DNA of 63,565 bases, the filler included, from Malassezia furfur (taxonomy: Eukaryota), in the NCBI GenBank assembly GCA_052055015.1. It is 7 parts of 7 records of this genome, joined end to end, with 100 filler letters (N's around TTAATTAATTAA, not from the genome) between each part and the next. Parts side by side here need not be neighbours in the genome. Positions count along the whole stretch, not along the records: positions 27,505 to 36,465 come from JBQJIT010000441.1; positions 36,566 to 45,511 come from JBQJIT010000442.1; 5 more parts are not named here. One strand, written 5' to 3'. Below are positions 32,844-42,275 of this stretch, one piece after another. The position numbers and the translations under genes are program-made. Within the stretch, counting starts at the first letter, position 1, and the number at the start of each line of letters is the position of its first letter. The notes below the pieces were generated by a model. It made no database searches. It was not told the origin of the DNA and saw only the letters and a program-made list of their open reading frames with translations.

Positions 32844-34592
32844 ATGGGTGTTTTCCAAGAGTGGGTGGACAGCTTCAAGCCCGCCGAGACCGCCGGGTTC
32901 GGCAAGGACCCCAGCTATGGTGGTGAATTCGACGAAGAGATGGACAAGAAGCCCGAGGTGCTCGGCGACGGCGAATTCGCCAACGCCATCACCACGGTCC
33001 AGACGGAGGACGGCGGCATTGCCTACGTCCCCGAGAAGACGCATCTCAAGCGCCGTCTCGAAGGCCGTCACATCCAGTTCATCGCGCTGGGTGGTGGTAT
33101 TGGCACGGGTCTGTTTATCGGTTCGGCCTCGTCGCTGAACACGGCTGGTCCTGCGTTCTTGATTGTCGACTTCTTGATTATGGGTATTATGCTTGTGTTT
33201 GTCATTTTCGCGCTGGGTGAGCTGGCGTGTGTGCTGCCGGTGTCGGGTGCGTTTGCTACGTACGCGTCGCGCTTTGTGGATCCCGCGTGGGGCTTTGCGA
33301 TGGGTTGGAACTATTACCTCCAGTGGCTTATCGTGACGCCGCTCGAGTTTGTTGCTGCCGCGCTTGTCATCACGTTCTGGGATCCGGACCAAAAAGTATC
33401 ACCAGGAATTTGGATCATGATCTTCTTCCTGGTGCTTACGGCGGTCAACTTGTTTGGCGTGCGCGGTTATGCGGAGTTTGAATTCGTCGCGACATTCGTC
33501 AAAGTCATCACGGTCATCGGTCTCATCTTTGCCTTGATTGTGATTGACTGTGGTGGTGTCGTCGGTGGTCCGAGCTACATGGGTACGCACACCTGGTGGG
33601 ACCCGGGTGCGATCAACAACGGCTTCAAGGGTTTCTGTACCGTGTTCACCGGTGCCGCGTTCGCCTTCAACGGTTCCGAGCTCGTCGGTCTCGCGGCCGC
33701 CGAGACCAAGGAGCCGCGCAAGGTGCTGCCCAAGGCCGCGAAGCAGATCGTGTTCCGTATCGTGGTGTTCTACCTGCTGTCGCTCTTCCTTGTGTCGCTC
33801 ATTGTGCCATACGATGACGACCGTCTCACGGACGCTCGACACCCGTACGACCCGCGCACCTCGCCCTTCGTGATTGCGCTCGAGATCGGCAAGGTCAAGG
33901 CGCTGGCGCACATTGTCAATGCCGTGATTATCATCTCGACGCTATCGGTCGCCAACTCGGGTATCTATGCCGGCAGCCGTACGATGCTCTCCCTCGCCGA
34001 GCAGGGCTTTGCGCCGAAGTTTTTCAAGTACGTTGACCGCGAGGGCCGTCCCCTCCCGGCGACGGCGTTGTCGCTGGCGTTTGGTGCGCTCGCCTTCCTG
34101 GTGTACTCCTCGGACGAAGGCACCGTGTTCAGCTGGCTGCTGCAGATCTCGGGTCTCTCGGGTATCTTTACGTGGGGCTCAGTGTGTCTGTGCCACATTC
34201 GTTTTCGCCAGGTGTGGGCGATGCAGGGCCACTCGCTGCGCGAGCTGCCCTGGGCGTCGCCGCTCGGTGTGTATGGCTCGTGGGCCGGCCTGGCGCTCAA
34301 CATCATGGTGATTGCCGCGAACGTGTACATTGGTGCGTTCCCGATCGGCGAGGGCGACGAGTCGCCCAACGACCGTGCGTACGACTTCTTCAACGCCAAC
34401 ATTTCGCTGGTGGTCCTCCTTGCCTTCTTCCTGGGCTACAAGCTCATCTTCCGCACGCGCTATGTGCGCCTGGAGGAGATGGACATTCACACCGGTCGTC
34501 GCGACCCGGTCAGCGAGGAGGTCCTCGAGCAGGAGCGTGCCGAGGCGCGCGCGCGTCCGCTCTGGAAAAAGATTCTGCGTGCCATCTTCTAA
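32844..34592 (+). CDS. Amino acid permease (YAT family), copy 3
   Basis: RHIQFIALGGGIGTGLFIG and FAFNGSELVG; N-terminus closely similar to copy 1; intronless. Confidence 0.93.
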   Translation: MGVFQEWVDSFKPAETAGFGKDPSYGGEFDEEMDKKPEVLGDGEFANAITTVQTEDGGIAYVPEKTHLKRRLEGRHIQFIALGGGIGTGLFIGSASSLNTAGPAFLIVDFLIMGIMLVFVIFALGELACVLPVSGAFATYASRFVDPAWGFAMGWNYYLQWLIVTPLEFVAAALVITFWDPDQKVSPGIWIMIFFLVLTAVNLFGVRGYAEFEFVATFVKVITVIGLIFALIVIDCGGVVGGPSYMGTHTWWDPGAINNGFKGFCTVFTGAAFAFNGSELVGLAAAETKEPRKVLPKAAKQIVFRIVVFYLLSLFLVSLIVPYDDDRLTDARHPYDPRTSPFVIALEIGKVKALAHIVNAVIIISTLSVANSGIYAGSRTMLSLAEQGFAPKFFKYVDREGRPLPATALSLAFGALAFLVYSSDEGTVFSWLLQISGLSGIFTWGSVCLCHIRFRQVWAMQGHSLRELPWASPLGVYGSWAGLALNIMVIAANVYIGAFPIGEGDESPNDRAYDFFNANISLVVLLAFFLGYKLIFRTRYVRLEEMDIHTGRRDPVSEEVLEQERAEARARPLWKKILRAIF

Positions 34593-34766
34593 GGTGCTGT
34601 GCACGCACATTGCAAGGGCCAGGTCGCGGTCGGCGCGCCACTGCGTGCCACACCTTTCTCCTTTCGTTTTTTATGTAGCGTGGTCTACGATTGTATAGGG
34701 TGGCCATGAGCCAGAGAACAAGGGTTTTGCATAAGGAATACGCAGGCGTGCAACCGTGACACGAGC

Positions 34767-34795
34767 TAGGGTAGGGTAGGGTGGGGTAGGGTAGG
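34767..34795 (+). repeat. (TAGGG)n telomere-like repeat / G-quadruplex motif
   Basis: TAGGG TAGGG TAGGG TGGGG TAGGG TAGG: five G-tracts of at least 3 G with 1-2 nt loops. Confidence 0.85.
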
Positions 34796-34802
34796 CACGC
34801 TC

Positions 34803-36465
34803 ATGCCCCGCCGACGCGTCGTCCATGTGGAGGCAGGCGCGTCGCGTCGCGCTTCGATCTTCATGCCGCCCGACGCGTCGCACGACCTGCTTGGCGCGCT
34901 GTTTGCCGGCCAGATGTGCACGTCGTCGCACAGAGCGATCGGCGCAAAGCGTAGTGCTGCGGGCGCGGATGCGCCGCCGCGCGCGGCGCTCGCCGAGCGC
35001 ACCAACCGTGTGCCGACGGCCCCTCGGCCTGTTGCGCCGCGCCCGGCGCCGCCTGCCACGCACGGCGCACCGGCCGAAGGCTACGCCTTGGACGACGCAT
35101 CGCCCGCTGCCATAAATGCGCGGCGCACGAGTGCACTGACGACGCGCCGCTTCGCCCGCGCCGTCGTCACACACTGCTACGAACGCGACGCACCCGACGC
35201 CGGCGCTCGGGCCGTGCGTGAAAAAGTGCTCGAGCTCGAGATCGAGAGCGGCGTTGCAGAGCCGCCGGCCGATACCCTACTCAACGCCTCGCTCTACTAC
35301 CAGCCCGAGATGCACACGGGTGCCGTTTCCGGCGTTGCGCTGCTGCGCGACGAATGGCTCGCGACGCCGGTGCATGCCGGCGACGTTGTGCACCTGCTCG
35401 GCGCATGGGAGCGCCGGCCGTACCTGCGACAAGGTGCGCCGCGTCCCGCGAACGATGCTGCTGACGCTGCCGATGCCGCCGACGCCGACAACGACGCCGA
35501 CCTCTGGGACTCGCTTGCTGACCCGTTTGCCGAGTCGGCGGACGCCGACGATGCGTGGCCGACGATGGTCCTCGCATCGTTTGGCCGCGCGCCCGAGTGT
35601 GCGCATCTGCTCGTGGTGCACCCCGACGTGATCATCTCGGCGTCGTCGCTCGCGAGCGCCGCGTCGTGCATGCGCCGGCCGATGCTCCAAGAGCGCGTCA
35701 AGACGGCGACGAGCACGACGTATGCGGCGGTGCTGGGCAACCTCGTGCACGGCCTGCTGCAGGCGTGTCTCGTGGCCGACGCCGCGCACGGTGCGTGGGA
35801 CCGCCTGGGCAACTTTGCGCCCGCGTTCCTGCACGCCGAAATCCGCCGGCAGCTCATAGCGAGCCGCGCGGCGCTGTCGCTCGTCGCGGCCGAGAGCGCC
35901 GCGGTGCAGGCGGAGCTGGAGGCGGCGGTCCCCGCGCTCGTGTCGTTCGCGGAGCGCTACCTTGCGCGCCGCGACGGCGCCGCGGAGCCGCTGAGCGCCG
36001 TCGACGACCGCCGCGCGTCCGGCGTGGCGATGCGCATCACGCGCGTGCTCGGCGTCGAGGACGACGTCGTGTCGCCGATGTACGGCCTCAAAGGCCGCGT
36101 CGATGCGTGTGTCGAGGCACTCGTCGAGGCGGACGGCGTGCGCCGCCGTGCGCTGCTCCCGCTCGAGATCAAGACGGGGCGCCTGCTGACGAGCACGGAG
36201 CATGCGGCGCAGACGAGTATGTACACGCTGCTATTGTCGGACGCCTACGGTGTCGCGGTCGATGCGGGGCTCCTGCTGTACACGCAGACGAGCAGCGTCG
36301 TGCGCGTGCCGCAGGTGCTGCGCGAGGTGCGCAGCCTGCTCCTCGCGCGGAACGAGATGGCCGCGTACAAGACGCATGTGCCGGCGATCGTCGGCGAGGC
36401 GGACGCATGTGCCCCCATGCCGGCGGCGCCGGACGCGGCGGCGCCCGCCTCCGCGCCGTCGCCCG
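34803..36465 (+). CDS. DNA2: Dna2 nuclease/helicase, N-terminal and nuclease part (3' truncated)
   Basis: HPDVIISAS..CMRRPMLQERVK, GNLVHGLLQ, SPMYGLKGRVD, PLEIKTG, HAAQTSMYTLLL. Confidence 0.92.
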
Positions 36466-36565
36466 NNNNNNNNNNNNNNNNNNNNNNNNNNNNNNNNNNN
36501 NNNNNNNNNTTAATTAATTAANNNNNNNNNNNNNNNNNNNNNNNNNNNNNNNNNNNNNNNNNNNN
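36466..36565. other. Artificial contig spacer
   Basis: N44-TTAATTAATTAA-N44. Confidence 0.99.
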
Positions 36566-38077
36566 GCCCCCTGCGGCGGACGCACCCGCATTCGGCGCAC
36601 CGAACGCCGAGACGCCCGCCCCACTCGGTGCGCCAAACGCCGAGGCGCCTGTCCCGCCCGACGTGGCAAACGCCGACGGAGCACGGGCGGCCGACGCCTG
36701 TGCCGGCTGCCCAAACGCCGGCGCACCAAACGCCGAGGGCTGCGCGGCTGACCCAAACGCCGAGGGCTGCGACGGCTGCCCAAACGCGGACGGCTGCGAT
36801 GGCTGCCCAAACGCCGACGGCTGCGATGGCTGCGACGGCTGCGACGGCTGCGACGGCTGCGACGGCTGCGACGGCTGCGACGGCTGCGCCGTGGCGCCAA
36901 ACGCCGCAGGCTGTCCTGCGGAGCCAAACGCCGTGGGCTGCGCGGATCCCGACGCCGGCTGCGCCGATCCAAAGGCAGAGGGCTGCACCCCGCCGAACGC
37001 CGACGGCTGCGCCGTAGCGCCAAACGCGGACGGCTGCGCCGTGGACCCAAATGCCGACGGCTGCGCCGTAGCACCGAACGCCGACGGCTGCGCCGTAGAT
37101 CCAAAGGCCGAAGGTGGTGCCGTAGACCCAAACGCCGACGGCTGTGCCGTCGACCCGAACGCTGAAGGCTGCGCGGTCGATCCAAACGCCGACGGCTGCG
37201 CCGGCTTGCCAAACGCCGACGGCGCCGCAGCGCCAAACGCGGACGGCTTACCAAACGCCGAAGGCTGCGCCGTCGACCCGAACGCCGACGCACCGGTCGA
37301 TGCACTCGATGCAGCGCCGCCAAACGCCGACGGCTGCGCCGTCGACCCAAACGCCGACGCGGTGGGCTGCGCGGCGCCAAACGCGCTCGGTGCGCCAAAG
37401 GCTGCGCCGCCCGGTTTCCCAAACGCCGCGCCTGTCGCCGGCTTGGCGCCAAAGGCCGACGTCGATCCAAACGCACTTGGCGCACTCGATGCGCCGCCAA
37501 ACGCGCTCGGTGCGGCAGGAGCGCCAAACGCCGTCGCCGGCTTGGCCGTGCTGCCAAACGCACTGGGCGCCGCGGCGCCGAATGCGCTGGGCTGCGCGCT
37601 CGGCGCGGGTGCCAGGCCCTGCTGTCGGTTGGCCAGGGCCTTCTGGAGTGCCTGCTGAGGGTTGCTGGCCATCTGCGCGTACGCTGCGTCCGCCTGCATC
37701 TCCATCTGCTGGACGTGCTGGGTGTATGCGGCCTGCTGCCCCGTCTGCTTCGCCTGGTACGCCATCACGCGGTCCTCTTCGGGGCTCGTGTCGATGCCGG
37801 TGATCAGGTTGGGATCCGAGCGCGCCGGTGCATAACTCGTGCGTTTCCACAGCGGGCGGCCGTGGGGTCCCAGATCTTGGGCGATGCCGTCTTTGGTGAG
37901 CGCGATTTCTGGCTCGGCCATCTTTTTTCCGCCGCCAAACGCATTGCCTTGGAAGGCGTTGGCATTGCCAAACGCCGACGGCTGCCCAAATCCGCTACCC
38001 GTCTTGGGCGGATGCTCGTTTCGGCAGTTGTTGCCGAAGCGGCAGCGGCCCTGCAGGTAGTATTGGCACACCACCAT
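36566..38077 (-). CDS. NUP42: CCCH zinc-finger FG nucleoporin Nup42/Amo1/NUPL2 (3' truncated)
   Basis: N-terminal CQYYLQGRCRFGNNCRNEH; DTSPEEDR motif; many SAFG repeats. Confidence 0.85.
36700..37600 (-). repeat. Coding tandem repeats in the nucleoporin: ~30-nt STAQPSAFG units and a 9-nt (QPS)n run near 36810-36890
   Basis: Repeated CCAAACGCCGACGGCTGCGCC and GACGGCTGC on the + strand. Confidence 0.85.
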
Positions 38078-38116
38078 CGTGGGTGGAGGAAGGTCGGCCG
38101 ACCCTTTCCCCACACC

Positions 38117-39121
38117 ATGAGCTTGGCGGGAAAGACGGCCCTAATGTAGGTCGGCTTCGCTCATCCAGCACGGGCGCCTCGCGTGGGATCGGCGCGGAAA
38201 TTGCCAAGGCGCTGGTGGCGCGCGGCGCGAACGTCGCCGTGGCGGCCAAGAGCGCCGAGCCGCACAAGACGCTGCCTGGCACCATTCATACGGTGGTCGA
38301 CGAGCTGCACGAGATCGCCGAGCGCAAGAACACGGGCGCCAAGGCACTGGCACTGCAGCTCGATGTGCGTGATGCGGGCGCGGTCGAGGACGTCGTGAAC
38401 CGCGTCGCATCGCACTTTCGCTCGCTCGATATGGTGGTGAACAACGTACGTCCCTTTGGCTGACCGTAGGCGTCGGCCATCAACCTGGGCCCCACGGCAG
38501 ACGCGGTCCCCAAGACGTACGACCTGGTCAACAACATTAACGCGCGTGGGACATGGCTCACGTCGCGCTATGCGCTGCCGCACCTGTTCGCCTCGGCGCA
38601 GGCACAGCGCAACCCCCACCTTCTCACCCTGTCGCCCCCCCTGGACCAGGGCATGTTTGCGCGGGAGAACGGCGAGATTATGCAGTCGTTTGCCGACACC
38701 AAGGCACTGTATGCCATGTCCAAGTGCGCCATGTCGGTCGCCGCCTACGCGCTCGCCGCCGAGTGCCAGGCCAAGGGCGTCGCGAGCAATGCCCTCTGGC
38801 CCTACACGTTGATCGGCACGAGCGCCATGCGCATCGTGAACCCCGGCGAGGGCGCCGAGAAGCACTGGCGCTCGCCCGAGATCGTGGCGGATGCGGCGGT
38901 GCGCATCCTTGCCGAGCCGGCCACCTTTACGTACGTCGATGCACCGCTGACGCAGGGGCCGCTTTTTGATCGACGAGCTGTACTTGCGCCAAGCGCACGG
39001 CTTCACCAACGACGACATGAACCGCTACGCGGTGGTGCCCGGCACGCCGTTCGCCGAGCTGGGCGAGGACCTGTTCATCTCGCAAGAGGTGCGCAACGCC
39101 GTCCAAGCGTACTATGCATAG
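38117..39121 (+). CDS. Short-chain dehydrogenase/reductase, HSDL2-like
   Basis: Spliced MSLAGKTALI|TGASRGIG, HKTLPGTIH, VVNN|ASAI, YAMSK, FT|GRFLIDE. Introns 38146-38168 (23 nt), 38446-38469 (24 nt), 38931-38955 (25 nt). Confidence 0.9.
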
Positions 39122-40105
39122 CTACAAAGCCACCGTGCCGCGGCGCACAAACGGCAGACCGAGTCCGCTCAGCAGTGTCCGCGCACGCTCCGTGGCACGG
39201 CGCCCACGCTGGTTGGTGACGCAGTCAATCTGCATGCCGTGCCGCCGGCCGGGGTATTGGTCCAGGTTGACTTCCACCTGGGGGAACAGCGGCAGCGCCT
39301 CGGGGCCCATGCCGAACGACACCACGCCGCTCACCGCCGCGGGACTCAGCAGCGGCTGGCTCGCAGGCGGGAGCGGCAGGCCCGCAAAGCCACGCAGGCG
39401 CGGCAGCACAAACGTGGTAAGCACCTCGATGAACTGGTAGGCCGCATCGCCGTACAGCACCGCCTGCGCGCCCACGGGCATGCCCGGGCGCAGCTTGAAC
39501 GAGGCGACACCCTTCTTGGCACGCAGCACCTGCACGTAGCCGTGGCGCGCGAGCTTGGCCGTCTCGGGCGCGTTGCCCACCGTCGGGTCCGCCTGCGAGC
39601 CCAGCACCGGCAGGCCGGTGATCGCACGCAGCTGGCCGAGGAGCGGCAGCAGCGCCTGCTTGTTGGTGATGGCGTCGCGGCAGAACGCGGTGATCACCAC
39701 ACGCTCCAGGTGGGGGATGGCATGCTCCAGGTGCTTGGCATCCTGCAGCGGCTTGGCCAGCGGCAGAAGCGGTCGGTTGCCGCGCGGCGGCCGCGCCGAA
39801 CGGTTAAGGAAGTAGGGCGAGTCGCCCTCCCAGCGCCGCACGCGGTCCTCGTGGCTCAGCACCTGCTCCTTCTTGGTCTCGGGCATGGGGTCGTACATCA
39901 TATACAGCATGTCGGGCGCAAGCGTCCGCTCGTAGTGCTCGCGCAGCCGGCTCGCCTGCACGTCGCCGATCTCGAGCGGGTGCTCCGGGAGCTGGTTGCG
40001 CGAGGGCACAAAGTCCTCCGCAGACACACGCGTAGCATGGATCCAGCGGCCGCGCACGAGCGGCGCGGTCGCCTGCGCGCTGCGAAGAAGCCGCGCACGA
40101 AGCAT
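39122..40105 (-). CDS. MRPL7: Mitochondrial ribosomal protein uL5m
   Basis: Arg-rich presequence; [53 protein letters not shown]. Confidence 0.9.
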   Translation of the reverse strand: MLRARLLRSAQATAPLVRGRWIHATRVSAEDFVPSRNQLPEHPLEIGDVQASRLREHYERTLAPDMLYMMYDPMPETKKEQVLSHEDRVRRWEGDSPYFLNRSARPPRGNRPLLPLAKPLQDAKHLEHAIPHLERVVITAFCRDAITNKQALLPLLGQLRAITGLPVLGSQADPTVGNAPETAKLARHGYVQVLRAKKGVASFKLRPGMPVGAQAVLYGDAAYQFIEVLTTFVLPRLRGFAGLPLPPASQPLLSPAAVSGVVSFGMGPEALPLFPQVEVNLDQYPGRRHGMQIDCVTNQRGRRATERARTLLSGLGLPFVRRGTVAL

Positions 40106-40212
40106 GGTCGTTGCCAGAGGGCGTCGCGAAGAAAGAGGCGCCTCGTAGGCCGCGGCCTTTTTATTTCCAAATATCCCCCGCGGCGCGCGGTGGCTTCGTC
40201 GCCTTCCACACG

Positions 40213-40551
40213 ATGCCCGACCTTGGCGTCACCGAGCCGTTCGATTTGATCCGGCTCTCGATCAGCGAGCGCGTGCTCGTGAAGCTGCGTGGCGACCGCG
40301 AACTGCGCGGTGTGCTCCATGCGTACGACGGTCACATGAACCTCATCATGGGCGACGTCGAGGAGACGATCTACGACGTGCAAGTCGCCGAGGACACCGG
40401 CGCCGAGTCCATCAAGGTACGTTGTGCTTGCGCCTCACACAGATCTCCAAGCGGAACGCCGAAATGATGTTTGTGCGCGGCGACGGTGTGATTCTGGTAC
40501 GCACGCACTGACCATGCTGACCCTGCGCAGGTGTCGCCCCCGCGTATGTAA
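40213..40551 (+). CDS. LSM3: U6 snRNA-associated Sm-like protein Lsm3
   Basis: [45 protein letters not shown]. Introns 40417-40442 (26 nt) and 40497-40530 (34 nt). Confidence 0.95.
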
Positions 40552-40650
40552 AAGTGGGACTCGATGTGTATAGTAGCAATTCAGCGGGCGCGCCGCCTTG
40601 AGGCGTGCCCCGAGTCCCGAAAGACGTCGTGGTCTGGGCATGCCCTCTAT

Positions 40651-41283
40651 TTACATGGGGGGGCAGTAGGGGGACTCGAGCGCCCCGGCCTGGTAGCCAC
40701 ACTCTTTGCACTTGCGCAGCGAGGCGTCCTCCTTCCAGACCGTCAGCAGGCGAGGCAGCTCGGTAAAGAGCTGCTTGCTGTCGAACTCGGCGTGGTGGAT
40801 CTGCACGGCCGACTGTCCGTGCGCCTCCCGGTTGGGGCAGAACCAGTAGAGTTCGTCTGTGTGAGGGACATGCAACCTACCTGGCTTGTCGCGCGTACGC
40901 TCCAACACAACGCCGATCGTGTCGGCAAGGCGCTTGGGAGAGTGAAGTGTGTTGGCTGCGTTAGTACGTAGCCCATCGGCGGGCGTACGAACCTGGTAGC
41001 AGGAACAGCTCGCCTTCCTTGATCTCGATCTCCTTGAATTCGCCATTCTCGACGATGCGCAGGTACATGGTGCCCTGCACCTGGTAGAACAGCTCTTCTG
41101 TCGGCTGCGTGGTGAGTCACACGAGCGTACCTGGTAGTGGAAATCCGAGCGCTCGTTCGGCCCACCGACGACCATGACAAAGTAGCCATCGGTGCTCAGC
41201 AAACACTTGTTCCCCACCGGCGGCTTCAGCAGATGCCGGTGCTCATCGACCCATTTCTGGAAGTTGAACGGCGGTACGACCAT
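40651..41283 (-). CDS. BNA1: 3-hydroxyanthranilate 3,4-dioxygenase (kynurenine/NAD pathway)
   Basis: [41 protein letters not shown]. Introns 41105-41130 (26 nt), 40956-40992 (37 nt), 40857-40880 (24 nt, in-frame). Confidence 0.93.
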   Translation of the reverse strand: MVVPPFNFQKWVDEHRHLLKPPVGNKCLLSTDGYFVMVVGGPNERSDFHYQVRSCDSPRSRQKSCSTRCRAPCTCASSRMANSRRSRSRKASCSCYQVRTPADGLRTNAANTLHSPKRLADTIGVVLERTRDKPGRLHVPHTDELYWFCPNREAHGQSAVQIHHAEFDSKQLFTELPRLLTVWKEDASLRKCKECGYQAGALESPYCPPM

Positions 41284-41483
41284 GTTGGCTCTGGCGCGCT
41301 CCACACTCGCGGCGGCGCACGCTCCACCTCGTGTGCACGCCGGGGCCGGCCATGGCGCCCCGCGCGAGTGTGGAGTTTTATCACGTGCAAAATTGTATAC
41401 ACACGTGATGCAAAGGGAGCAAGCGGCGGAAGAAGGGCCAGCGGCGAGTCCTCCCACGCTTGCCTACTTTCGTCGTCGCCAAC

Positions 41484-42035
41484 ATGGTGCGTATGGAGCG
41501 GTCGGTGTGTGCGCAGGCACGCACCGGCCCAGCGATGAGGACGGTGATACTAACACGATGCAGGACCCGAACTCGCCCATCACCCTGCGGACCCGCAAGT
41601 TCATCACCAACCGTCTGCTGCACCGCAAGCAGATGGTGCTGGATGTGATCCACCCCCAGCGCCCCAACGTGTCGCGCGCTGAGCTGCAGGAGAAGCTCGG
41701 TGAGCTGTACAAGACGCCGAAGGAGCAGTGCTTCGTGTTCGGCATGCGCACCCACTACGGTGGTGGCCGCTCGACCGGCTTTGCGCTCATCTACGACTCG
41801 CCCGACGCGGTGAAGCTCGAGTGCACCTTCCGTCGCGTTCGCGTACGTACCCTGCGAAAAGGTTGTGCTAACCTCAGAACGGTCTCGTGCCCAAGGTCGA
41901 GAAGCCCTCGCGCAAGCTCCGGAAAGAGCGCAAGAAGTACGTGGTGCCTATGCGTGTCCATACTAACCCTGCAGCCGTGCCAAGAAGGTCCGCGGCACGA
42001 AGAAGAGCAAGGCCGGCGACGCCAAGAAGAAGTAA
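41484..42035 (+). CDS. RPS24: 40S ribosomal protein eS24
   Basis: ATG-only exon 1; [41 protein letters not shown]. Introns 41487-41563 (77 nt), 41843-41877 (35 nt), 41937-41974 (38 nt). Confidence 0.96.
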
Positions 42036-42275
42036 ACGGCCATCCTCCTTCTTCTTGGATATCCCATGCACGAGCTGCGCCGGTGCACCAGCCAACGAGC
42101 TCTGTGCCCTGTATCTTGACTCTTACACCCATATTCCTCGTGGAATAGAAAAAGGCTGGGCTTTAGATGTACCGGCATGCATGCATGTTAGTGCAGTTAT
42201 ATCATCACAATGCTACTTTGTGTCAAACCTAGGCAGAGGGGGCATGAGATGCCCAGAGGCGGGTAGATGCGCCAG

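Noticed and set aside
36566..37600. Regularly spaced ~30-nt repeats resembling a CRISPR array
   Set aside because: They encode the FG repeats of Nup42; there are no unique spacers or cas genes, and the DNA is eukaryotic.
40651..41283. BNA1 as part of a tryptophan/indole pigment gene cluster
   Set aside because: Neighbours on the contig are housekeeping genes with no other pathway member.
42036..42275. Possible C/D snoRNA (GTGATGA on the minus strand) in the AT-richer RPS24/AIF spacer
   Set aside because: No suitably placed box D (CTGA) or terminal stem; more likely shared 3' UTR/terminator sequence.
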